Below the pieces are notes generated by a model, which made no database searches, was not told where the DNA came from, and saw only the letters and a program-made list of their open reading frames with translations. Both the position numbers and the translations under genes were made by a program. From a bacterium (GTDB lineage Bacteria; Patescibacteriota; Microgenomatia; UBA1400; PJMF01), in contig JAFRKQ010000010.1 in assembly GCA_017431625.1 (NCBI GenBank), positions 17,503 through 81,502 of the forward strand: a stretch of DNA of 64,000 bases, in the 5' to 3' direction. This document shows positions 56,901 through 64,000 of this stretch, one piece after another (positions within the stretch are counted from its first letter, which is position 1; every line of letters begins with the position of its first letter).

Positions 56901-58054
56901 CCGACAATATGTGGACTGGTGGCACCTGGATGTGCGACTACAACTCCGAAAAAGTCGTCTATAGTCCCAGTGACCTATATGGTAGTAACACTTGCAACAA
57001 GGGAGACTACAATATCCGTTGCTTTCATCGCTACACCTGCAAAGAACTCTTGGGCGATAAACACAGTGATGAATATCACACCACTCTTCCCGCCGGCACT
57101 CAAGTTTTCATTCCTGAAATTGTCAATAAAGTCGCTGGGTGGGACTATCAAGGTGGGCGCTGCGGTAAATACGTGACCAGTAATTTGCCACAATGGCTAC
57201 AAGCCGGCGGCAATCAAGTAACTACAAGCGGTTCACGCTATGGCACAGGGGCCATGTATGATAGCTGTCCCGACGTTATCACTGCTCGGGCCGCTAGTAA
57301 TTTCTCGACAACAATCAGCAACATCCGCCGTGGCAACGATATGGTACCACTAAGCTACAATTACTTCGCCGAAAGACTCAATATCGATAGTTTGCCGTCA
57401 TGCACTAGCGCTACTATTGATAGTGAAGGCTTTTATGTTTGTCAAACAACAGGCCGAAAGCTTTCCGAACTGAGTACCTTTTTGCCGGCCAATATCAATG
57501 CTGTTATTTTTGTTACCAGTGGCGACCTGATCATTGACACCAATTTTCAAACAGCTCAAGGGTATTTTAAAGCTTTGATTGTTCGCGACAAAATCAAAGT
57601 GGACAAGCACGTCGGCACCAGAGCCCAAGATGCTGTCACTGGCAATATTACGAGTGGTTTGAGTATCAAGTGCCCACAACAAATTGACGCTCACTTGCAA
57701 GGGATTTTTATTGCCAGCAGTTTTGAGTTTGAAAGAAATCCTGTAGTCGATAGCGACATGGTAGCTTTTAATGGTAAGGAGCTTTATTGCGACCGTCAAT
57801 TGATAATTGCCGGCAGTTTGATTTCATACGGGAGCGATCTCAGGCTCGATCGTACTTTCCGCGGCTGCATTCAAGTTGCAGGCACTCGCGACGAAAATAA
57901 TGGCGGTTGGGACGATCTCAAAAACGACCCCAGCCTTTATCCCAATTACAATATCTACGCCATGCCATTTGTCTTTTTTGAACGCGCTGATTTCAATCGG
58001 ACCGCACCTTTGTGGATGAAAAACACCAACCTGGAACGGGTAGAAAACAATTAA
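53945..58054 (+). CDS. Giant cysteine-rich secreted/surface protein (1369 aa), N-terminal signal anchor
   Basis: AAAGGAAA RBS. N-terminal hydrophobic anchor WWFWHIIVCKKACWLIVNILLLGLF. Extremely Cys/Thr/Gly/Tyr/Asn-rich with many CxxC, C-T-x-C and EGF-like spacings. No enzymatic motifs recognised. Confidence 0.7.
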   Translation: MSRWWFWHIIVCKKACWLIVNILLLGLFYTHRIQATSMPNNCPPVVQYGNPRLKSGNGRFINNSYAYRTIWPPTGFENCQRYRLPEEFFCPTSQGWSTTKPTNCPGGNIMMMRVGGVGTPYLLSSSTSNSTIDDAHVIVENFRRTENANEFESYYGNNVFINLSNAYVEGIIPYSCYKCGICISGGGTSSYRDGNNRKEYGASPEAVSNGIGRINLERYLQQLKEEGIYECLGTDVIPNSSGGIAYLGGPGSSIGCQNSDEYTLYLPQFYRNYRVKLNGIYSKYSYSTERVTEGYIFPGDNSAWEQSFGNYIAAGYCVHKCYLAGYFKPNTQCAGAQSVKIWYGGSGIMNRPSDNPTDNLQQITCTYCPPCTEATTCTQASNETTVYHEPTYRCSEGTYAQEAQLKQCNGDTLQCRTCECETCEHQNLTEKTCSGDRLTLDKTIKSCDQNLTCPKSVCTRNCEEQGQADSRTYYSLATKTCANNTAGNTEPNIITVYDSLNKVYLRDDNGNSMCFAGCSDPCQSTARGGQSSWSFFAGRYANDNCGLSYTPTLRAITNYYGAEVTCQTDSCQDQCTARGFTPTDRISCPANQVPNLVNLSVPINGKTIICANGCRDNNPDAGWCTSVGTPTYGNQWQIKTRKTVLVSDYYQYQAGYPYPHGKTGPSTTINSHTYQVLYAPRGEKKNGIAYTNGDCFYGGCRAQGRTCTAQTCDTSNNVIRYGTGGTTSCQPTTAYKTDWCQNGCAAIPTFTTRSVTQTLDDASVTCTMINGCGPQYLASTAPSCTSHLCAGWTCKEYNKKDGTTCEERYTDDEHCETRNEETKVCTSYQCKKWQQVDDTSSCKTWYDANNGGGTYYENNTLCTTAGRCQSATCVVTACTTPCPMVSQTIDNDQGFGTYKFLRPTKYPSGTTYSVSGAGSDMCGTTDYTSTRACREPSCTHGEVNANTGKRLTYTLNTDIAYDSGTSTAANYSDYVKCSHQSGRIGTDNMWTGGTWMCDYNSEKVVYSPSDLYGSNTCNKGDYNIRCFHRYTCKELLGDKHSDEYHTTLPAGTQVFIPEIVNKVAGWDYQGGRCGKYVTSNLPQWLQAGGNQVTTSGSRYGTGAMYDSCPDVITARAASNFSTTISNIRRGNDMVPLSYNYFAERLNIDSLPSCTSATIDSEGFYVCQTTGRKLSELSTFLPANINAVIFVTSGDLIIDTNFQTAQGYFKALIVRDKIKVDKHVGTRAQDAVTGNITSGLSIKCPQQIDAHLQGIFIASSFEFERNPVVDSDMVAFNGKELYCDRQLIIAGSLISYGSDLRLDRTFRGCIQVAGTRDENNGGWDDLKNDPSLYPNYNIYAMPFVFFERADFNRTAPLWMKNTNLERVENN

Positions 58055-58111
58055 TTAGCAGTCTGTACCCTTATAAGTTTATTCAATTCACAAAAAATCT
58101 CTCACAAGAGA

Positions 58112-58140
58112 GATTTTTTGTTGGTAACAATCAAAAAACT
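58112..58140. terminator. Bidirectional rho-independent terminator AAAAAATCTCTCacaaGAGAGATTTTTTG
   Basis: Perfect 8-bp stem flanked by an A-run and a T-run, 60 nt after the giant gene's stop. Confidence 0.55.
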
Positions 58141-58205
58141 TAAGTTTGTGCTTACTCTTATTTTGACTCATAAAAACATCATCAATATGTTATAATACCA
58201 CTTCT

Positions 58206-58790
58206 ATGAATCAAGTAGAAAAAGACACTATAGAACTTTTGCAATTGCTTGATAAGCGTTCAATCATTGGCCGCCAAATATCAATCGATGTGCTCGCACA
58301 ATTAAATAAAATGTCCACTCAACAGCTATATGTCTACGCACAACAGCAAGTTCAACATTACCTCAATTTTATGTTTGTCGGTTACGATCATCAGGCCAAA
58401 ATATATTTTCATCCCGGTAACACTGAATCAGTTGCTAAATACACTCAACATCTAATTGCAGGCAAAAATAGTGATATTAACCAAATTAAAACCGCTAGAG
58501 TATTGGGTTTAATTCTCACTCCACAAACAATTGCGCAACCATTGCAAGTGATTATTCAGGAAAACAATCGCCTTGCTTATAATTGTCTCTACCAACTGAG
58601 ATTTAAACAACTATCGCATACTGTCATTATTGGGACTGAAAATGGACAGGTGGGTCGAGTAATCACCTCAATTGTTACCATTGATCAAAAGAGAGATAAA
58701 CACGCCTCATTGCGTGACGTCAAAAAACTGTGTACACGGGCAAAAGAAATTTTAGTGGTAAATCTTGATCAACAAAAACGCGCCGCCTAG
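58206..58790 (+). CDS. Hypothetical cytoplasmic protein (194 aa)
   Basis: Own promoter TTGACTcataaaaacatcatcaatatgTTATAAT, 9 nt before the ATG. No recognised domain. Confidence 0.5.
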   Translation: MNQVEKDTIELLQLLDKRSIIGRQISIDVLAQLNKMSTQQLYVYAQQQVQHYLNFMFVGYDHQAKIYFHPGNTESVAKYTQHLIAGKNSDINQIKTARVLGLILTPQTIAQPLQVIIQENNRLAYNCLYQLRFKQLSHTVIIGTENGQVGRVITSIVTIDQKRDKHASLRDVKKLCTRAKEILVVNLDQQKRAA

Positions 58791-58892
58791 CAGCGCGTCT
58801 TAATTCTAGGCCGGACTGTCCAGGTATCTGCGTCCCGCAACCGACCAGCAAAGGTCAACGATTGATACCAATCTGACTATGCTCGGTAATCA

Positions 58893-58923
58893 CATTATAC
58901 CATAAAATTGCGATTTGTCAACT
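58893..58923 (-). promoter_or_regulatory. Strong minus-orientation promoter (TTGACA-17-TGGTATAAT) pointing into the 3' end of the 58206-58790 gene
   Basis: Reverse complement TTGACAaatcgcaattttaTGGTATAATg. The transcribed antisense segment contains CCTGGACAGTCCGG and TTAAG. Confidence 0.5.
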
Positions 58924-59085
58924 ATTTATATGACAATGAAAAAACTGCTTTATATCCACTAATCTTTATGATTAACACTTAGCTCAGCTGCACTAGCACT
59001 TTCACCCAACTAGAATTATTTTTTCGGCAAGTACCAGCACCTAGTCTGTCACAAAAAAACATTTCTTTACTTCAGTCACTCACGA

Positions 59086-59185
59086 GTCTGCATATCTATG
59101 TGCGCAGCTCGGCAGTAAATTGCGGAGCTCCGCACACATCTCGGCATTACACTGCCGAGCTCCGCACCGAGCTGCGCAGTGCTTA
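59086..59185. repeat. GC-rich nested-palindrome repeat block R (GCGGAGCTCCGC at 59122-59133, GCCGAGCTCCGC at 59155-66, arms GCGCAGCTCGG/CCGAGCTGCGC)
   Basis: Related to block L (shared TGCATATCT, TGCGGAGCTCCGC, GAGCTGCGCAGTGC). Upstream of the 59323 gene. Confidence 0.5.
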
Positions 59186-59322
59186 GATAGAATAACCAAT
59201 ACATCTAACAAGTAAAAAACAATCCGACAATTATTGCCCGAGGTAAAAATATTGGTAAACTTTGAGGCAGTTGCAACTATTGCAATTATACCTGTGTTGT
59301 GACAAAATAGAAGGCGATAATT

Positions 59323-60477
59323 ATGAAAACTAGTGTTAGTCAACCACCAAAAATTGACAAAAAAATTTATTTAATCGGCATTGGTTTGGCTATTGGCATT
59401 ACCTTGATGATTGTGATTGGCTTGAGTGTGAAAAATTATCTTTTGGGTACAACACCCACCTTTGTGAGCACTACTACTAATAATAGTATTGACAACAGCT
59501 CACTGGCTACCAGCCGTCAAGCCCGACAAGTAGAGGAAAAATATTTACAGGCAGCACGCCAACTAATAGGACAAGTAGACGAGTCGCTTATCAGTGAATC
59601 GCTTGATCATGCTTTAGCGGCCGCTTGGGCCTGGCATGAATACGCTGTCGCTACCAATGAGCAGTCAGCCTATCGCCGATCGGCAGAAATTTTGACCACT
59701 GCCAGTCAACTGATGGCCAACGGTGAACGCGTTAATTATTTCAATTGTCTGCTGATGAAAGATATCATTAACGATAAAACTGTCAGCGAGTCAGTCCGTG
59801 AACAAGCCCGACATCTGTGCTTGCAGGCGCCACGCAATTATTATATTGACTCCACGCTGTCGCAACTCCAGGAACAAGTAGCAATAGGTCTAAGCAGTGA
59901 CGATGGTTACTCACTATTTATGCACACACCCGGATTTTTAATCAATGAGCGTGAGGGGGAGTTTTTTGCTCAACTCGAGTCGGCAGCCATGTCGGGTGAG
60001 TTTGTGCCGGCAGCGGAAATCGACCTGGATCGAGAAATGGCCGATCTCTACCTGCCACGCCAGCTTATCACTGCCCTTGACTGGACCGCGATGAGCCGAG
60101 AGGTGATCGACCGACAAAAACCTAGTGAGGCCAAAATAGATGACACGCGAGATTTGGACCGTTTTTACTTGACCCAGCAGACTTACGCGTGGGTGAAAAT
60201 GGCAAATCACCCGGTCATTTCTGGTCAAACCCAGTGTCTGCTTTACCACAACTTAAAGGATTATTTTGCTCACTATGGTGATGATTTATCATCAACAACC
60301 CAAACTCTCACCCTCAATCAGTATGAAGGTCCTACCAGTGGGATTTTGTGTCGTCACGTCGCTTTTTGGCATGATCCGACGTCACTGGAAAAAGAAGTGT
60401 TGCTGGCGGAGGCCGAGTCACTACCGGACGAGGAAACCTACAAAATGTTAATTAGTGCGGGACTTTTGTGTCAGTGA
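59323..60477 (+). CDS. Hypothetical membrane-anchored protein (384 aa)
   Basis: AGAAGG RBS. N-terminal TM (IYLIGIGLAIGITLMIVIGL). No recognised domain. Confidence 0.55.
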   Translation: MKTSVSQPPKIDKKIYLIGIGLAIGITLMIVIGLSVKNYLLGTTPTFVSTTTNNSIDNSSLATSRQARQVEEKYLQAARQLIGQVDESLISESLDHALAAAWAWHEYAVATNEQSAYRRSAEILTTASQLMANGERVNYFNCLLMKDIINDKTVSESVREQARHLCLQAPRNYYIDSTLSQLQEQVAIGLSSDDGYSLFMHTPGFLINEREGEFFAQLESAAMSGEFVPAAEIDLDREMADLYLPRQLITALDWTAMSREVIDRQKPSEAKIDDTRDLDRFYLTQQTYAWVKMANHPVISGQTQCLLYHNLKDYFAHYGDDLSSTTQTLTLNQYEGPTSGILCRHVAFWHDPTSLEKEVLLAEAESLPDEETYKMLISAGLLCQ

Positions 60478-60488
60478 TCAAAGGTAAT

Positions 60489-63400
60489 ATGTCAAAGCGA
60501 TATTGCTGCTACCACCACTTAAAAAAACTCACGGTCTTATTACTTTTGGTTGTGGGCATAAGCGATAAATATGTGAGTATCGCTCAAGCCGAAATCCCCG
60601 AAAACGAGTGGCAATGTCCTCATGACACCAGCCACCTTCCCAATGGCAATCCTGGTTACAATCAATATTTGGACAACCGGTATTTACCGCGCAGCAAATT
60701 CAGAAAATTTGTCGAAAAATGTGGCAATGAAAACGGTCAGTTGTGGTATGATCAGCTCCACACGCAATATGGTAATAGCGGTTGGATGCTGAATTGTTCC
60801 AAAAATATGTTGTATAGTTTTTGGGACTACCGCTACTTGGATAGCAGCGGTTGTGGACACAAAGAATTTGCCTTGTGTATGCGTGAGCGTGATTGTGACG
60901 GCACTTATCAGACTTGCCCCGATGGTTATATGAGTGCTCCTGAGTTTTACCAACACCGGTGCGAAATTCCTTGCAAGCTTTACGAAACTTTAACTGGTCG
61001 CTCATGTGAGAGTATCCTGTTGCAAGCTAGCGGCACTATCGGCGATGATCTTGATAAATTCAAGGACTACAAACTTTCTTTTGACGCCAGTGGTAAAGCC
61101 GCGCTCAAACTCCTGCGCGAAAAGGTAGACACCGCCAACCAAAAACTACGTGATTTTCTGCAAGCCTATGGTGATGGTGATGACTTTCAAATCTCTTTCC
61201 CCACCGGACAAAATATACCGAACGTTCGCAAAGACATTACGACCGCCCAAAACAAAGTTAAAGCCGTCGCCGCTCCGAGCTCACTAGAGCTGACTCTCTA
61301 TCAAATGAGGCGCGATAGTGCCGAAACGCTTTATAATAATTACGTCAGTTTATACAATAACGCCAATAATCCTAATTATTACGAGCAACGCCGCCAATAT
61401 ACTTTTAAGTGGAGTGACTATGCTTATACTTGTGATTGGGGCAAGAGTGTGAGCGAATGTCAAAACGAGATTAGCGACAGACTCACGCAATCAACTGCTA
61501 CGTTCTGGAAGTGGTATCATTTAAACCGCTCTGGCAACTATAACGATTATCATTACGAAAGCTCAGATTATTGTACTGTGACTTATGGTGAATATAGTCA
61601 CATTTGCTGGTCCAATTGTGCTACCTGCCGGAATACAGTTAATTCTAATCTTACTGGCGCTACTAATAACTATCGCCAGTGGTATTTTCTTAATGAACAC
61701 AACAGTAATTACACCTATGACTATTACTACTACTATCATTATGGTAATGTCAGCTATACTTGTCCCCAGGCGACTGCACATAGCACTTGTCGAGAAAATA
61801 TTGCTCAACTGCGTGATGCGGCCAAACAAGACTATGAAGAGAAAAAAGCACTCTATGAAGGTGCGCGCAATTTTGATAATAACAAGGCTGATGTCGTCTA
61901 TGCGCTCACCCAGGCATCTAATGCCCTTACTGATTATGAACTGTCAACAACAGCGACAAAGGGCAATTGGTTGGATGGCTTTTGTACCAATATCAATAGC
62001 AACACCCGCAACTGTATCGTCGCGCGTCTGATGACCCGTTGTCTTAATCGCGCCAATAGTTATTTTACCTCAAGCACGCCGCCTGATTATGCTACCAATG
62101 GTGTTGTCACCGCCAATCGTGAAAGTCACACTTGCAATCACGGTCACAACAATACTTTGAATCCCAGCACCTGCGAGAAATTTGCCTGCTACCTAGAGCG
62201 TCAGGAATGTAGTGACTACAATCCTCTTTATGTGGAGAAGGGTGAGTCATGCGTAGTTGGCAATAGTCTTGGGAGTATCTACGTGCCCGAGCTTGGTCGC
62301 AGCTGCACTCAATGTGGTGCCGGTAATACTTGCCAGGAGGCGAGCACCTACGGCTGGTATTATGACTCCCAGCGCGAAAAGCAAGAGGGAGTGGGTACTG
62401 ATAGTCAGCAAAAAACACGCTGGAAGCTATTCTTCTACAATGAAAGTGTTGATGCTGGTCGCTGGTGGTCGGTGCGCACCAGTTGTGCTCCCGGACAAAC
62501 ACCCACTTATCGAGCCTTCGGTGATGAGCGTTGCATAGTCGGCTGCTCGCAATCATGCAGCGAAATTCCTGATCCGGATACTGGTGGCATGATGGAGGAC
62601 GACAAGGACACCAACTCTTGCGCCAGACGTGGCTGGAATCCACGCTACAAGCAAGTGACCGATGCTTATGGCAACAGACTCCAGTGTGTTGGCGGCTGTA
62701 TTGAACCTTGTCGCGACAATGGCCTGTTTACCCTGGCTGAAACTGGTTGTGATATCTACACTGACAGCGCTTTCTTGACAGCCAATACGCAAACTATCAC
62801 TCGCCACTATGGTGGCAGTGTGACCTGTTATAAAGATCGCTGCAAAAAGTCACCCGGTCCAATTGACAATGGCAATGAATGTGAAAATCAAGGTTATCGT
62901 GCTCAGTGCGATTCGGCCAGTGCTAGTAGTTGTCATTGGACTTGTTCAACCAACGAGCAACTCATCGCTCCAGAAGAAGTCATAGACAAAGACGGTAATA
63001 CTATTTACTGTACGCCCGGCTGTCAAGTAATCAGTGATCCGCCCCGACCTGCAGTTGATTGCGACACCCTCGGCCTCAACACCGATCCTTCAACTCTCAG
63101 TACTATTGCTCGTGAAGATGATAGCAGTCCAGTTTTCAATGATCTTTATAAAGACAAGAGTGAAGTTTTGTATGTGATTCGCAATGCGTGGCTGATTAAA
63201 AAAGCCCAACGAAAAATCGTGTACACTATTGGCGGTCGTAATTATTACGTTGTCTATGGACCCAAAGCGTCAGAGTTGCCAGAAGTCACCCGCACTCATA
63301 TTGTCTGTCGCTACGATAAGTGCCAACCTAATGACGCCGCTGTGCGCGCGAGTGAATTTGATCGTAGTCATGAATGTGCTAGTGATGATATCCGTGTTTA

Positions 63401-64000
63401 CGGCAAAGTCGATGATCGTTGCGGTCGCAGTTATCCTTTTGTGCGGACTTGCTATAAAGTACCGGAACCCAATCGACAAATTTCCTACGGTAAATGTCCC
63501 AATTACCGCTGCGGACGCCAACTGCGTGAAGAATGGGATGAAGACAGAAGCTATTGCGTCTACACTGATATTTGCAACACCTGCACTCCCGTGTGTCGTC
63601 ATGATACTGATCGCGGCTATGGTGTTTACCGGACAGCTTGTGTTGGCCCTGGAGGTGAGTCCACCCACTCTGACTATTGTAGTAGTACTTATTATGAAGC
63701 CACCATTGCCTGTAGCGTGCCTACTTGCACCAAGCTAGCAGACCACTTAAGTGATCTTGACCGGACTAATTACCTCAAATGCGATGCCGCTAGCACTACC
63801 CATAATACCATTGACCTAGATGACACCCATCACAATGAACAATCTTATGGCGTGGGTGGTAAATACCAATGTACCAATAACAATCCCGTGATTGATACGC
63901 ATAGTGGCTGTCATGACAATGGCGCGCGCTGCTTCCATGTCTTGGAGTGTGGCGAAGAGTTGGATAGTAGCGGTAATATCAAAGTGGCTGCCGATGGTAG
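60489..64000 (+). CDS. Second giant cysteine-rich secreted protein, partial (more than 1170 aa, continues beyond the window end)
   Basis: Manual translation from ATG 60489 shows no stop to 64000 (MSKRYCCYHHLKKLTVLLLLVVGISDKYVSIAQAE.. signal peptide). Cys/Tyr/Asn/Thr-rich like the 53945 gene. Not in the ORF track because no stop lies in the window. Confidence 0.65.
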   Translation, partial: MSKRYCCYHHLKKLTVLLLLVVGISDKYVSIAQAEIPENEWQCPHDTSHLPNGNPGYNQYLDNRYLPRSKFRKFVEKCGNENGQLWYDQLHTQYGNSGWMLNCSKNMLYSFWDYRYLDSSGCGHKEFALCMRERDCDGTYQTCPDGYMSAPEFYQHRCEIPCKLYETLTGRSCESILLQASGTIGDDLDKFKDYKLSFDASGKAALKLLREKVDTANQKLRDFLQAYGDGDDFQISFPTGQNIPNVRKDITTAQNKVKAVAAPSSLELTLYQMRRDSAETLYNNYVSLYNNANNPNYYEQRRQYTFKWSDYAYTCDWGKSVSECQNEISDRLTQSTATFWKWYHLNRSGNYNDYHYESSDYCTVTYGEYSHICWSNCATCRNTVNSNLTGATNNYRQWYFLNEHNSNYTYDYYYYYHYGNVSYTCPQATAHSTCRENIAQLRDAAKQDYEEKKALYEGARNFDNNKADVVYALTQASNALTDYELSTTATKGNWLDGFCTNINSNTRNCIVARLMTRCLNRANSYFTSSTPPDYATNGVVTANRESHTCNHGHNNTLNPSTCEKFACYLERQECSDYNPLYVEKGESCVVGNSLGSIYVPELGRSCTQCGAGNTCQEASTYGWYYDSQREKQEGVGTDSQQKTRWKLFFYNESVDAGRWWSVRTSCAPGQTPTYRAFGDERCIVGCSQSCSEIPDPDTGGMMEDDKDTNSCARRGWNPRYKQVTDAYGNRLQCVGGCIEPCRDNGLFTLAETGCDIYTDSAFLTANTQTITRHYGGSVTCYKDRCKKSPGPIDNGNECENQGYRAQCDSASASSCHWTCSTNEQLIAPEEVIDKDGNTIYCTPGCQVISDPPRPAVDCDTLGLNTDPSTLSTIAREDDSSPVFNDLYKDKSEVLYVIRNAWLIKKAQRKIVYTIGGRNYYVVYGPKASELPEVTRTHIVCRYDKCQPNDAAVRASEFDRSHECASDDIRVYGKVDDRCGRSYPFVRTCYKVPEPNRQISYGKCPNYRCGRQLREEWDEDRSYCVYTDICNTCTPVCRHDTDRGYGVYRTACVGPGGESTHSDYCSSTYYEATIACSVPTCTKLADHLSDLDRTNYLKCDAASTTHNTIDLDDTHHNEQSYGVGGKYQCTNNNPVIDTHSGCHDNGARCFHVLECGEELDSSGNIKVAADG

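Noticed and set aside
54087-57799. Numerous 60-160 aa ORFs on both strands inside the 53945-58054 gene (e.g. 55739-56215, 56552-56884)
   Set aside because: They sit inside a single uninterrupted 4.1 kb reading frame with consistent composition; they are alternative-frame artefacts.
53461-59185. Possibility that blocks L/R or the 10.7 kb and 53.4-59.2 kb repeats form a CRISPR array
   Set aside because: The repeats are not regularly spaced, are not identical, have no short unique spacers between them, and there are no cas genes.
60684-63738. ORFs 60684-61005 (-), 61585-62031 (+), 62107-62643 (-), 63229-63738 (+)
   Set aside because: They lie within or antisense to the long plus-strand frame starting at 60489, which has no stop to the window end.

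Overview
This 64 kb window reads as a compact, gene-dense bacterial chromosome segment (about 48-50% GC overall, with a few AT-rich patches), plausibly from a CPR/Patescibacteria (Saccharibacteria-like) genome. The lineage call is inference from gene content, small protein sizes and the uniform consensus promoters.

Gene content, mostly housekeeping:
- Cell envelope: murA, mraY, ftsW, murG and murJ, plus a MurE-MurC fused Mur ligase.
- Translation and RNA: glyQS, tgt, pnp, frr, efp, prfB, and 5 tRNAs (Glu-CTC, Phe-GAA, Arg-TCT, Leu-TAA, Leu-TAG).
- Other: a heterodimeric ABC exporter pair, rseP, a polysaccharide cluster (two glycosyltransferases, mannose-1-phosphate guanylyltransferase, sugar phosphotransferase, MscS), a tyrosine recombinase, a Pif1-family helicase and phosphomannomutase.

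Two things stand out:
1. A family of near-identical sigma70-type promoters (AATTGCCnCTTGACAAAA-N13-TGATATAATA) recurs in both orientations. Many sit only 6-7 nt from an ATG (leaderless mRNAs). Several point into the 3' ends of convergent genes, and they are followed by shared downstream motifs (CTTAAG, and the 10-mer CTGACTGGAC three times), which suggests an unannotated small-RNA or cis-regulatory family.
2. The 3' third of the window (about 53.4-64.0 kb) is a locus for two giant cysteine-rich secreted proteins (1369 aa, and more than 1170 aa running off the window) with smaller companion genes. Each module is preceded by a GC-rich, palindrome-dense repeat block carrying the 12-bp perfect palindrome GCGGAGCTCCGC, next to a wHTH regulator gene. 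This is the best candidate here for an undescribed, regulated cell-surface/host-interaction system.

Also noted: a partial ABC-type AAA ATPase at the window start, a truncated yhcG(DUF1016)-like fragment beside a low-GC gene and tRNA-Glu, and iteron-like direct repeats at 7.26-7.34 kb.
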